Virus record (IMG/VR): IMGVR_UViG_3300007169_000056
Reading direction: 5' to 3' (one strand)
Source: a virus
Lineage: Duplodnaviria > Heunggongvirae > Uroviricota > Caudoviricetes
DNA length: 64,000 bases
Shown here one piece after another: positions 1 to 8,768 of the stretch (position 1 is the stretch's first letter; every line of letters begins with the position of its first letter). Both the position numbers and the translations under genes were made by a program. The notes under the pieces were generated by a model, which did not search any database, was not told the origin of the DNA, and saw only the letters and a program-made list of their open reading frames with translations.

Positions 1-1
1 G

Positions 2-151
2 TTGAATATAGACAACAAGGTCACCACTTTTGATAAATTATACAAACTAATCGTGGAACAATCATATTCCGCTGGCCGTGAACAAGGCAAAAATGATGCT
101 ATTGGTTCTATAATGAAAAACCTTACAAAAATGATTTTCGATCTTAAATAA
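2..151 (+). CDS. hypothetical protein, 5'-truncated
   Basis: Open frame from the window edge to TAA at 149-151, just before the ATG at 155. Confidence 0.5.
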   Translation: MNIDNKVTTFDKLYKLIVEQSYSAGREQGKNDAIGSIMKNLTKMIFDLK

Positions 152-154
152 ACT

Positions 155-367
155 ATGAACAACTCAAATTATGCAGCAGAACAGATTGTAAACATGTTGA
201 TTAAACGTGGGTGGGTAGCTACAAACGCTTATGATGTAAGTGACTTGATCCGAGAGGCGTCATCTATCATCACAAATTCATCAATTGCAAATGTCCAACT
301 TTCAACAAGTGTTGACAACATTACAAAAACTTTTGATAGCGGTGATACATATACTTATACTCTATGA
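155..367 (+). CDS. hypothetical protein (70 aa)
   Basis: ORF track; ATGA overlap with next gene. Confidence 0.6.
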   Translation: MNNSNYAAEQIVNMLIKRGWVATNAYDVSDLIREASSIITNSSIANVQLSTSVDNITKTFDSGDTYTYTL

Positions 368-930
368 AAACTAGTGTTATTATAGTAGACGACTTTTACA
401 ATAACCCAATGGAGGTCAGGCAATATGCACTGTCTCAAGAATTCAAAGTTCGTGGTAATTATCCTGGCGCTAGAACTGGTCCAATGATAAATGATTCTAT
501 CAAAGGAACCATTCAAAATATTGTTAAAAGCACCGCTGGAAATATTACTGAATTTCCTACCGATGGATACAACGGATCTTTCCAAACAACATACGCGTGG
601 GAAAAATCATGGGTTCATTCTGATCATTGGAACAATTGGGCAGGCGTTTGCTATTTGACTCCTGATGCACCATTATCAGGAGGAACGGGAATCTTCATGC
701 ACAAAGAAACAAAATTGATACATAGACCGGACGATTCGGATTTGGCACGCCGTATTGAGGAAGATGGCAGTGATGTTACCAAGTGGGAATTGGTAGATCG
801 TATTGGCAATAGATTCAATCGATTGTTATTGTTCAGAAGCAACGCATATCATATAAGTTTGGATTATTTTGGTCGCACACTTGAAACATGTAGATTGTTC
901 CAAGTATTTTTCTTCAATACAGAATACTAA
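364..930 (+). CDS. 2OG-Fe(II) oxygenase-like protein (DUF6445-like)
   Basis: IVDDFYNNP start, HxD motif (WVHSDH), distal His (YHISL) and RLFQVFF C-terminal motif. Confidence 0.75.
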   Translation: MKTSVIIVDDFYNNPMEVRQYALSQEFKVRGNYPGARTGPMINDSIKGTIQNIVKSTAGNITEFPTDGYNGSFQTTYAWEKSWVHSDHWNNWAGVCYLTPDAPLSGGTGIFMHKETKLIHRPDDSDLARRIEEDGSDVTKWELVDRIGNRFNRLLLFRSNAYHISLDYFGRTLETCRLFQVFFFNTEY

Positions 931-931
931 T

Positions 932-2236
932 ATGTCTCTAAAAATAGTAAAAGTTGTTATCTATGGATTGGAAAAACCAGTGTCACTCAAAGTAAGTTCA
1001 CTGGTATATGAACGATTAAGATTTCCTCCACATCACGAATTTGAACATCGTGAATTTGATAGCGTTACATACACCAATGATGATAATTTTCAAAACATAT
1101 TCCACAATTGGGAACCCGATTTGGTTGTAGTTATTGGGTCTCTCAACGATTATCCTAATGTAAAGTCGTGCATTAATACATTAGGATCTAGAATTTATGT
1201 TTTATCAAAAGAAGAATGGGAACTATATGGTGTAACGTACTGGTCCGATGAATTTTTTGATAGATATATTCATAACAGCATAAACAACAATTCGTCCAAA
1301 GACAAAATTTCAGTGTACACGGCTGCATGTAACACCAAAGATAGATTATGGGTTGCATATGATTCCTTGAAGAACCAAACACATAAAAACTGGGAATGGT
1401 CGATTTATGATGATTCAAGTGACAATTATACATGGGAAGTTGTAAAAGAACTTGCCAAATTGGATCACAGAATCATAATCAATAAGAATCATAATCAATC
1501 ACGATATTCTCGTATCGGATTCAACAAATTTAATGCAGCAACCAATTGTAGTTCAAACTATATTGTTGAATTGGATCACGATGATGGTTTTACAATTGAT
1601 GCTTTGGAAAAAATTTTGTTGACACACAAAAAATTCCCAGACTGTGGATTTGTATATGGTGATTGGATAGAGATGAACCGTGATACATTTGAAGAAATGC
1701 ATTATGGGGAAGGATTTGCATGGGGATACGGACACAATTATTATACACAACACCCGTTTTTGGACCGTCAGATGGTTGTAGTTAGAGCACCCAACGTCAA
1801 TCCAGCTACTATTCGTAGACTATGGAGTATGTACAACCATCCAAAAAGTTGGAAAAAAGACGTATATATGAAAATCGGAGGTCACAATCGATATTTGAAC
1901 TGTGCTGACGATTATGAATTAATGATACGAACGTTTCTCAATACTCGTATGGTACATCTCAATCATTTTTGTTACATTCAGTACACCTACAACGACAATA
2001 CAAAAGTAAGCAATGGTGGATTGGGAGCCAAATATCACGGCGATATATTTCGTCATGTAAGATACATCCAAAACAATTATCGAGAACAAATAAAACAACG
2101 ATTTGAAGAACTAGGAAGAACTGATTGGATATACGAAAAAGACAAATCAGATAGTCTTCAAGATGTTTATCTTGGCAGAAAAAATATGCAATTCGGTGAT
2201 AAAGAAAATCAAGTTAATCTAGAATTTAAACCATAA
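932..2236 (+). CDS. family 2 glycosyltransferase with N-terminal extension
   Basis: ISVYTAACNT, IYDDSSD, VELDHDD and ADDYELMIR GT-A motifs; ATG at 932 within ORF 869..2236. Confidence 0.8.
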   Translation: MSLKIVKVVIYGLEKPVSLKVSSLVYERLRFPPHHEFEHREFDSVTYTNDDNFQNIFHNWEPDLVVVIGSLNDYPNVKSCINTLGSRIYVLSKEEWELYGVTYWSDEFFDRYIHNSINNNSSKDKISVYTAACNTKDRLWVAYDSLKNQTHKNWEWSIYDDSSDNYTWEVVKELAKLDHRIIINKNHNQSRYSRIGFNKFNAATNCSSNYIVELDHDDGFTIDALEKILLTHKKFPDCGFVYGDWIEMNRDTFEEMHYGEGFAWGYGHNYYTQHPFLDRQMVVVRAPNVNPATIRRLWSMYNHPKSWKKDVYMKIGGHNRYLNCADDYELMIRTFLNTRMVHLNHFCYIQYTYNDNTKVSNGGLGAKYHGDIFRHVRYIQNNYREQIKQRFEELGRTDWIYEKDKSDSLQDVYLGRKNMQFGDKENQVNLEFKP

Positions 2237-2239
2237 AAT

Positions 2240-3463
2240 ATGAGTGAGAGAAATATAAAAATTGTACTAAACAGCATGGTAAAAAATGAGGCATCCGTCA
2301 TTGAACGAATGCTCGAATCGGTTTACAAATATATTGACTATTGGGTGATACAAGATAATGGATCAACTGATGGTACACCAGATATCATCCGAAACTTTTT
2401 TGAACGAAAAGGAATTCCAGGCTTTTTATATCACGAACCATGGAAGTATTTTGGATACAACAGAAATCATGCACTACAAACATGTATGAGCGCACAACAT
2501 GGATGTGAGTATATTTTAAGAGTAGACGCTGATGAAATTTTTCAAGTAGATACTGATTTTGACTGGGACGTGATTCGTAGTAAAGACGCATGGAACGTCA
2601 TAGCAAGATCAGGTGGTATTGACTATTATCGAATGTGGCTGTGGAAGGCAGATTTGCCTTGGTATTTCGCTGATGATCGTCGTCATGAAACAATTCATAT
2701 GAAAGACAACGCACCATATTCGTGCGGCAATCTGCCAAGGTCATTCAGACACGTTTTGGTTGGTGGTGGTAACACATGGGTCAATCCAGATAAATTCTTT
2801 TTGGATGGTCTTGAATTAGAACAACAAGTAGTTGTAAAACAAAACTTTACAGACGCATACCATCTATTTTATGTTGGCAAATCATATCACGATGGATTGG
2901 GTTGGGAAGACGCACTCAAATATGATTTGGAATTCTCAAAAGAAATTGTGAACAGAGCATGTTTCTTTTTCTCCAGATACATTAAACGTATTGTTCCAGA
3001 ATACCCAAACGCTAATCTTCATGCTGTACCCAACAAGGATGAATTCACATATTACGCTTTGTATTTGATGGGCAATATGTGCGAGGCTGTCAAAGAATAC
3101 GATAAAGCAGTGGAATATTGGAAACAAGCATTCTATTTTGACAAAGATCGAAACGAATCATTAATGAAATTATGCCATCATTATCTAAACAGACGCAATG
3201 ATGTGCCAAATGCTTATCTGTATTCTTCTGTGGCAGTAAAAAACAACAATCCATTTCCCGATAAACGTGTGGTTTGGATTGAAACTGACGCATACGCCGA
3301 TTCCGGTTGGAAAGCTCTTGACTTTTATAGAAGATCAGCGTATCTTATGGGATATCATCAGGATGCTAAAGACGCTGGGAACTTGATGTTGTCTCCCAAA
3401 TATAGCGAAATTGTTCCATCAGAATATTTGGAACACATTCGTGGTGAATTGCAATCAACATAA
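2240..3463 (+). CDS. GT2 glycosyltransferase with C-terminal TPR-like repeats
   Basis: MVKNEASVIERML, QDNGSTDGT, RVDADE, RHE motifs; helical YYALY/AVEYWKQA repeats. Confidence 0.8.
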   Translation: MSERNIKIVLNSMVKNEASVIERMLESVYKYIDYWVIQDNGSTDGTPDIIRNFFERKGIPGFLYHEPWKYFGYNRNHALQTCMSAQHGCEYILRVDADEIFQVDTDFDWDVIRSKDAWNVIARSGGIDYYRMWLWKADLPWYFADDRRHETIHMKDNAPYSCGNLPRSFRHVLVGGGNTWVNPDKFFLDGLELEQQVVVKQNFTDAYHLFYVGKSYHDGLGWEDALKYDLEFSKEIVNRACFFFSRYIKRIVPEYPNANLHAVPNKDEFTYYALYLMGNMCEAVKEYDKAVEYWKQAFYFDKDRNESLMKLCHHYLNRRNDVPNAYLYSSVAVKNNNPFPDKRVVWIETDAYADSGWKALDFYRRSAYLMGYHQDAKDAGNLMLSPKYSEIVPSEYLEHIRGELQST

Positions 3464-3468
3464 CAAGT

Positions 3469-3927
3469 ATGATTATTCGAAAAGACTGTAACATTTTTGA
3501 TGGCGGAGCTGAGGGTATTATCCATCAGGCAAATTGTTTCAATACAATGGGCAGCGGTATCGCTCGACAGATTCGGGAACAATATCCAGAAGCATATGAT
3601 GCTGATTGTCAAACCATTCCCGGCGACTACAAAAAGCTTGGAACGTTCAGTTGGGTAAAAACCAATGATCAAAAGTTCTACATTTACAACTGTTACAGTC
3701 AGTTTCGATATGGACGAGACACTCGACATACCAACTATGAAGCAATTTATAATGGTTTGTCTGCTATCGAACAACATGCTTCACAACATGGTCTCAAGAG
3801 TTTGAGTTTGCCTCACAATATGGGATGTATGCTTGGTGGTGGTTCTTGGCATATTGTGAATGCTATTATTGAAGATATTTTCGAAAACAAGTCTATTTAT
3901 TTGTACATTTGTCGATACACCCCATAA
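3469..3927 (+). CDS. macrodomain protein (ADP-ribose binding/hydrolase)
   Basis: IIHQANCFNTMGSGIA and MGCMLGGGSW macrodomain motifs. Confidence 0.85.
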   Translation: MIIRKDCNIFDGGAEGIIHQANCFNTMGSGIARQIREQYPEAYDADCQTIPGDYKKLGTFSWVKTNDQKFYIYNCYSQFRYGRDTRHTNYEAIYNGLSAIEQHASQHGLKSLSLPHNMGCMLGGGSWHIVNAIIEDIFENKSIYLYICRYTP

Positions 3928-3969
3928 TCAACAAATATCGTTTAAATATAAAATCAACAAAGGAAAAAA

Positions 3970-4704
3970 GTGAATATTAGAAATATTGTATTGTCTATTG
4001 TGTTTATGTTTGTAACCGTTACAAACTTGATTTCTGCAACGGTAAAGTCAACCAATTCAATTACATACTACGATCACCAAGATGTAGAATCTTGGTACAC
4101 AGATAGTACCAACGTACTGTATGTGCCTCAATTTAATCCGGCAATTGGCAATCTTATTAACGTGGATGTGTATGTAAAAATGAACATCACAAACTCGTTT
4201 GGAGCTGAAAATCGATCTGGTTGGTCTGGAAGACCAGTGGATAGTCCGGACTTTATTGGTGTAATCGGTGTAACAAACAATACAACTCTTAGTTTTGGAA
4301 ATCAAACACAGTATCTAAATCGTACAAACTTTTTGTTTTTGGATGCGTATGACGGAGTGACCGATTTTTCTGGACCTAGTGGCGGCAGAGCAACTAACAT
4401 TGTGGTTGAAGTATTCAAATTTAACCCACAGCTAGTTGATGTTGTTGGATACAAAGTATGGTCTGCCACAAATTCGAATTCAGCAAGAGCGATCATGTAT
4501 TTTTATAGTGGTTCTTTTGCCGGCTTCGTAAGAACAACAGCCGGATTGGATGTGTGGACTGTTTATACCTATGTTACCGAATATAATTGTCCAGACTGTG
4601 ACAAGGATAAGGACAAAGACTGTGACAAGGATAAGGACAAGGATAAGGACAAGGATAAGGACAAGGATAAGGACACGGACAGAAGTAGGAAAAACAAGAA
4701 ATAA
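3970..4704 (+). CDS. secreted protein, choice-of-anchor-E-like domain with Asp/Lys repeat tail
   Basis: N-terminal signal peptide; PQFNPAIGNL and DGVTDFSGPSG motifs; C-terminal (DK)n. Confidence 0.55.
   Translation: MNIRNIVLSIVFMFVTVTNLISATVKSTNSITYYDHQDVESWYTDSTNVLYVPQFNPAIGNLINVDVYVKMNITNSFGAENRSGWSGRPVDSPDFIGVIGVTNNTTLSFGNQTQYLNRTNFLFLDAYDGVTDFSGPSGGRATNIVVEVFKFNPQLVDVVGYKVWSATNSNSARAIMYFYSGSFAGFVRTTAGLDVWTVYTYVTEYNCPDCDKDKDKDCDKDKDKDKDKDKDKDKDTDRSRKNKK
4600..4671 (+). repeat. 12-bp tandem repeat GACAAGGATAAG encoding DKDK
   Basis: Five exact copies plus one variant (GACAAAGACTGT). Confidence 0.9.
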
Positions 4705-4707
4705 ATC

Positions 4708-4733
4708 AACCCCCTCTTCGGAGGGGGTTTTTT
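4708..4733 (+). terminator. intrinsic terminator
   Basis: AACCCCCTC-TTCG-GAGGGGGTT stem-loop followed by a T run. Confidence 0.9.
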
Positions 4734-4734
4734 G

Positions 4735-4763
4735 TTGACATCAACGTGTTTTTTCAGTAAGAT
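4735..4763 (+). promoter_or_regulatory. sigma70-type promoter, leaderless
   Basis: TTGACA-N17-TAAGAT; ATG at 4771, 7 nt after the -10. Confidence 0.75.
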
Positions 4764-4770
4764 AACAACA

Positions 4771-5088
4771 ATGAATATTGTAAACTACATCTTAAACAAC
4801 TGGGACAGTCTTCCAAAGAGCAAGTTTGATGATGTCACCGTCGTCATCTTCAAGGAAATTAAGAATGAAGATTGGGGGTATGGACATCACACTTATGAGG
4901 GTTATGGTGTTGATAAGAATGGTAATGTCACTTGGTGTTATTCTTCCGGTTGTAGTTGTGAGGGCGGGCCTTCCACAGAAATCAAGAAGGACTTGAAGAC
5001 GTTTACAGTTGATAGTGGCATTGATCTAAACGTAGATCCATCTACTATCAATTTCAATTCGCTCGAGGTTGTATTCAATACCTATTAG
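4771..5088 (+). CDS. hypothetical protein (105 aa)
   Basis: ATG at 4771 within ORF 4732..5088; SSGCSC motif; ends in TAG. Confidence 0.7.
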   Translation: MNIVNYILNNWDSLPKSKFDDVTVVIFKEIKNEDWGYGHHTYEGYGVDKNGNVTWCYSSGCSCEGGPSTEIKKDLKTFTVDSGIDLNVDPSTINFNSLEVVFNTY

Positions 5089-5094
5089 TACGAT

Positions 5095-5394
5095 ATGAGA
5101 ATAATTACGGATCCAAAAGAAAAATATCAGGTAGTAAATTGTTTGGAAACGCATTGTTTGTACAGAAAAACTTGTGCAAATCATACAAGCGCAGGTGATT
5201 TTCGTTCCGAGGGTGGATTCAGTCCACAATTGATGATAATCAATGGACATGTTCACTGCAAAACACATGACGTTCCTCCATACGGCGGAGAATTAGACGA
5301 TATCAAAGAATGGTATCCATCCAACCATAATAAACTTGATTTAGGATCCGTATTATGGAAAGATCTTGAACAATCAGACAACTACACTATATGA
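5095..5394 (+). CDS. hypothetical protein
   Basis: ORF track; ATGA overlap with next gene. Confidence 0.6.
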   Translation: MRIITDPKEKYQVVNCLETHCLYRKTCANHTSAGDFRSEGGFSPQLMIINGHVHCKTHDVPPYGGELDDIKEWYPSNHNKLDLGSVLWKDLEQSDNYTI

Positions 5395-5750
5395 TATCCG
5401 TATACTATTACTTTTTGAGACAGTGGAACAAAATATTGGATTGGTTTTACCTTAAGTTTCGTAATACCTACAAAGTACAACCTTATGGCTATTGTCCTGT
5501 TCAAGCCGAAGGTAATTTGCCAACTGGGGAGTTTTACTATTTTCGTTCACGCTGGAGTTCATGGAGTGTTCGTATTGCAAAAACCGAAAGTGCTTTATGG
5601 GATGGTTCCGCATGGGTTTATACGGAACCTTCATATGAAGAGTATGCAGCAGGATACATTTATAAACATGAAGTGGTAAAACTTTTAAACAAAGCCGTAG
5701 AATTGTACTACAACAGTGAATATTCACGTTCCAGAACAAATAAGGATTAA
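5391..5750 (+). CDS. hypothetical protein
   Basis: ORF track; CPVQAEG..FYYFRSRW motif. Confidence 0.65.
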   Translation: MISVYYYFLRQWNKILDWFYLKFRNTYKVQPYGYCPVQAEGNLPTGEFYYFRSRWSSWSVRIAKTESALWDGSAWVYTEPSYEEYAAGYIYKHEVVKLLNKAVELYYNSEYSRSRTNKD

Positions 5751-5928
5751 ATATCCTCAAGTTGAATTTCGTGGGGTACCCAGACAATTCAATGGACGTA
5801 CTGTTATAAGATCGACCAATCATTTCACTCAAATGAACTTTCTATACAGTTTTGAGGAAGACTTTTTTTGGCTTATCAACAGTGGATTCAGCAACATGGA
5901 CGTACCAGATTGGTTCATACAGAAATGA
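5716..5928 (+). CDS. hypothetical protein
   Basis: ORF track; fills the gap to the GIY-YIG gene. Confidence 0.5.
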   Translation: MNIHVPEQIRIKYPQVEFRGVPRQFNGRTVIRSTNHFTQMNFLYSFEEDFFWLINSGFSNMDVPDWFIQK

Positions 5929-6182
5929 AAACAAAAGACAACTATAGTGTTTATATTGTTTTGTGTAAAGATGGAACACACTATACTGGAATTTCAAACG
6001 ATGTAACTGTCAGAATCAACAAACACAACAACGGAACAGGAGCCAAATACACTAAAACCAGAAGACCCGTACTATTGGTGTATACTCAATTTATCGGGAC
6101 CAAAAGCGATGCTTTAAAAGAAGAATATCGTATCAAACAGTTAAATAAACACGAAAAAATAAAACTATACACTAGTCAATAA
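5925..6182 (+). CDS. GIY-YIG nuclease (small, UPF0213-like)
   Basis: VYIVLCKDGTHYTGIS..RINKHN.G.GAKYTKTRRP..ALKEEYRIK; ATG at 5925. Confidence 0.85.
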   Translation: MKTKDNYSVYIVLCKDGTHYTGISNDVTVRINKHNNGTGAKYTKTRRPVLLVYTQFIGTKSDALKEEYRIKQLNKHEKIKLYTSQ

Positions 6183-6185
6183 TAT

Positions 6186-6326
6186 ATGACCCAATACACA
6201 CAAGATCAGTTGGATATGGTTGCCGAACAAATGTTTGACTTTGCATGTGCAAATAGGACCGACAATCTAAACAGAGATGGTTCACCGGGAGATCCGCAAA
6301 AAGGTTTCTTGAAACTGGTCAGGTAG
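6186..6326 (+). CDS. small hypothetical protein (46 aa), ends in TAG
   Basis: Read manually: MTQYTQDQLDMVAEQ...; below the ORF-track cutoff. Confidence 0.45.
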   Translation: MTQYTQDQLDMVAEQMFDFACANRTDNLNRDGSPGDPQKGFLKLVR

Positions 6327-6344
6327 CACGTCTTCCAAAGAAAT

Positions 6345-6659
6345 ATGAAAAGACATCGTAGATATCGTGAGCATATTGGCAGCAACACTTTTAGTGTATC
6401 GTCCACTCATGCAAATCAACGTATTCACGATTTTCTAAAAGGTTGGGGAACAGTCGCCAAGGATGGTAAATCCATTCTATGGGATACATACAGGCCCGCA
6501 ACCAAAAAGCAGCGTGACAAGTTGGATAGGCATTGGAAAAAGAATCCTCCGTTCTCAAAAATAATGATGCCGCTAGTCAATAAAGTATTTCCAGAAATAT
6601 CAGCAAAAGAAATCATTTCGGTTCAACCGATGATGAATCCTCCAAGTAAAGATTTATGA
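6345..6659 (+). CDS. hypothetical protein
   Basis: ORF track. Confidence 0.5.
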   Translation: MKRHRRYREHIGSNTFSVSSTHANQRIHDFLKGWGTVAKDGKSILWDTYRPATKKQRDKLDRHWKKNPPFSKIMMPLVNKVFPEISAKEIISVQPMMNPPSKDL

Positions 6660-6844
6660 AAATCAACAAAAATAAAACGGGCAGTATTTCTATAACATTC
6701 GATCCAGACGAAATGGATAGATTTTTGCATGTATGTTATAAACCATGGCAAGAATCGTCAATAAAGTATTTGCACGAACTTTTAGATCGGTTGGGTGAGA
6801 AATTTGAGAAATGGAGTGAAGCTGAATCAAAAAGCGACGAATGA
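6656..6844 (+). CDS. hypothetical protein
   Basis: ORF track; ATGA overlap. Confidence 0.55.
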   Translation: MKINKNKTGSISITFDPDEMDRFLHVCYKPWQESSIKYLHELLDRLGEKFEKWSEAESKSDE

Positions 6845-6859
6845 ATATTATGAAAACGA

Positions 6860-7108
6860 TTGATGTGTATTCAAATGAAAGACACATTTAACAGCAGTGA
6901 CAATTGTGCAAAACAATATCAAAATGCACACACAATACAAATAATTGCCGACAATGAACTCGTAGGATACGTATATGGTCCACACGAACCAATGTACGAT
7001 GGAAAATATACGTATACATACAGAATGGGTGGAATGAATTGTAGTGCCACAAGCAAAGATGACGCAATTAACAAATTGATTGGTACGTTGAGCAAAAAAA
7101 CAGATTGA
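6860..7108 (+). CDS. hypothetical protein
   Basis: ORF track; start codon uncertain. Confidence 0.5.
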   Translation: MMCIQMKDTFNSSDNCAKQYQNAHTIQIIADNELVGYVYGPHEPMYDGKYTYTYRMGGMNCSATSKDDAINKLIGTLSKKTD

Positions 7109-7132
7109 CTTTTTTGAAAAACCAAGTAGACT
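7105..7132 (+). promoter_or_regulatory. sigma70-type promoter, leaderless
   Basis: TTGACT-N16-TAGACT; ATG at 7139, 6 nt after. Confidence 0.7.
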
Positions 7133-7138
7133 AACCAT

Positions 7139-7399
7139 ATGAAGAACACTACCGAAAAATACGTTTGGGTGGCAATTAACCGAAATGGAAAGATTGCTAA
7201 AATGCATACTGAAACCGACACGTTTTATGCCATCTTTCCAAAGAAGGAAGATCTTGTGTCGAAGTTCAAGAAATGGAATCACGAATATTATAACGTCGAT
7301 GAGTCCAATTCGACTTTCAACGAATTTTGTGAGTTCAATACCAACGAAAAGTATGAAGTGACCCGAATTAGCACTTCCGAACTTCAAAACCATTTTTGA
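7139..7399 (+). CDS. hypothetical early protein
   Basis: ORF track; directly after promoter. Confidence 0.65.
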   Translation: MKNTTEKYVWVAINRNGKIAKMHTETDTFYAIFPKKEDLVSKFKKWNHEYYNVDESNSTFNEFCEFNTNEKYEVTRISTSELQNHF

Positions 7400-7411
7400 A
7401 AAGGATAAATT

Positions 7412-7627
7412 ATGGATACAACTGGAAAATGGTCGGATGATAAGCTAGAAAAAGAAAAAGAACTGTTAAGAGTCAAAATTAAACTTCTTAGCAATGATAT
7501 TCCCTTTTTCCAAAATCAAATTATGGAGAAAGAAATTGAGTTGGATAGGTTGAAGACACAACTTGAACGTCTTGAAGATGCTATTCACGTATATACACTT
7601 AAGAAAGACTCACTCGAAAACCCATGA
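7412..7627 (+). CDS. hypothetical coiled-coil protein
   Basis: ORF track; heptad-rich. Confidence 0.55.
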   Translation: MDTTGKWSDDKLEKEKELLRVKIKLLSNDIPFFQNQIMEKEIELDRLKTQLERLEDAIHVYTLKKDSLENP

Positions 7628-7848
7628 CTGTAGCACAACTAATTGAATCATTAAAGAATTACCCACCTGATTTGCCAGTGGTGGTATCTGGGTATGAAGG
7701 TGGATACAATGATGTAGACACGTTCGAAAACATCAACATTGTTCTTGACTATCATACAGCATGGTATTATGGTAGACATGAGGATGTTGAAAACATCTAT
7801 AAAGAAGACCCCAAAAAGAATGCAGTAGCAGCACTACGCATTGGATAA
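7624..7848 (+). CDS. hypothetical protein
   Basis: MTVAQLIESLKNYPPDLPVVVSGYEGG, a common phage small-protein pattern. Confidence 0.65.
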   Translation: MTVAQLIESLKNYPPDLPVVVSGYEGGYNDVDTFENINIVLDYHTAWYYGRHEDVENIYKEDPKKNAVAALRIG

Positions 7849-8131
7849 AATTTCGAACACTCGTTCGGTGTAGTTAACCGATAGTAGCCGTAAAATCCGT
7901 TGCCTTGTAAGACCATGGTGAGAGTGGGAAAGAAACAAGTAAGAATGAAAAGGGTTTTGATAGTTCTGAACGTTGCTAAGGCGTTAAACGGTCTCTACGA
8001 ACAGCAAGCAACGTAACTGTTGCAAGACGGCTCACACTGAAATACGTGTCGCAATGAGAGGATGCGAGAGCAGAATAGTTAAACCGACGAAAGTCTGCCC
8101 TCTCAACAATTTTCTATAAACGATCATATCT
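7849..8131 (+). ncRNA. candidate structured non-coding RNA
   Basis: Longest gap without a long ORF in the early region; about 45% GC by hand count over 7861-8100; several nested complementary segments. Confidence 0.5.
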
Positions 8132-8449
8132 ATGAAGATAACATACTATGAAATTGGATATACTGGATCTGTGCATGAACGGTTCATAGATACAGAAAAT
8201 AAAAACTATGTGTCTCATACAGACAATGATGTGACGTTTAAAGATACATATACCGACCATTATTGGGATGAAAAAGAATACGTCGTAACACGTTCTCGTT
8301 TATTTGAAACTGTTAGACAAGAACGAGTTGCTGCGTATAAAGAAGAAATTGCAAGATATCAAAAAGATTTGGCAGTATTTGAAAACAGTACCAGTTATGA
8401 ACATTACTGGCAGCTTTTGAAAGAAAATCGGTTGAAAGAAACCAGTTGA
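8132..8449 (+). CDS. hypothetical protein
   Basis: ORF track. Confidence 0.6.
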   Translation: MKITYYEIGYTGSVHERFIDTENKNYVSHTDNDVTFKDTYTDHYWDEKEYVVTRSRLFETVRQERVAAYKEEIARYQKDLAVFENSTSYEHYWQLLKENRLKETS

Positions 8450-8473
8450 CTTTTGATAAAGTCGTGGTAAAGT
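8446..8473 (+). promoter_or_regulatory. sigma70-type promoter, leaderless
   Basis: TTGACT-N16-TAAAGT with TGn extension; ATG at 8480, 6 nt after. Confidence 0.7.
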
Positions 8474-8479
8474 GGGTAT

Positions 8480-8767
8480 ATGAAACAAAAACCTTTGAAA
8501 TCAAAGCCGTTTCTCAAATTCTTGACCGTTAATGAGTTACAAAAACTCAATACAAATAGATTGCTTGGGGTTCTAAACTCAATTAGAGCAATTGAACATA
8601 AAGTGCGACGACGAAAAATGTCTTATGGCATATGTTGTAATTTATGCAATAGTTGGATTTTGGGAAAAGAGGAATTTGAAAGAGTCATAGTTCCTGAAAT
8701 AGCACATCTAACTGGTTATAAAAATAGAGTAAAAAAGATTTTAGCAACTCGGGAACATATTGATTGA
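8480..8767 (+). CDS. hypothetical protein
   Basis: ORF track. Confidence 0.6.
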   Translation: MKQKPLKSKPFLKFLTVNELQKLNTNRLLGVLNSIRAIEHKVRRRKMSYGICCNLCNSWILGKEEFERVIVPEIAHLTGYKNRVKKILATREHID

Positions 8768-8768
8768 T

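Noticed and set aside
4600-4671. Tandem repeat as a CRISPR array
   Set aside because: 12-bp units with no spacers, in frame within a CDS.
4771-5394. Obligate fusion of genes 4771-5088 and 5095-5394 across the TAG
   Set aside because: Opposite lysine codon use (8/8 AAG against 7/7 AAA) points to separate genes; kept only as weak context for amber leakiness.
7915-8016. The 33-codon ORF as a tmRNA tag, or the region as a hammerhead or group I intron
   Set aside because: No tRNA-like GGGG..CCA ends, no ALAA-type tag end, no CUGAnGA core and no P7-type consensus. Kept only as an unclassified structured RNA candidate.
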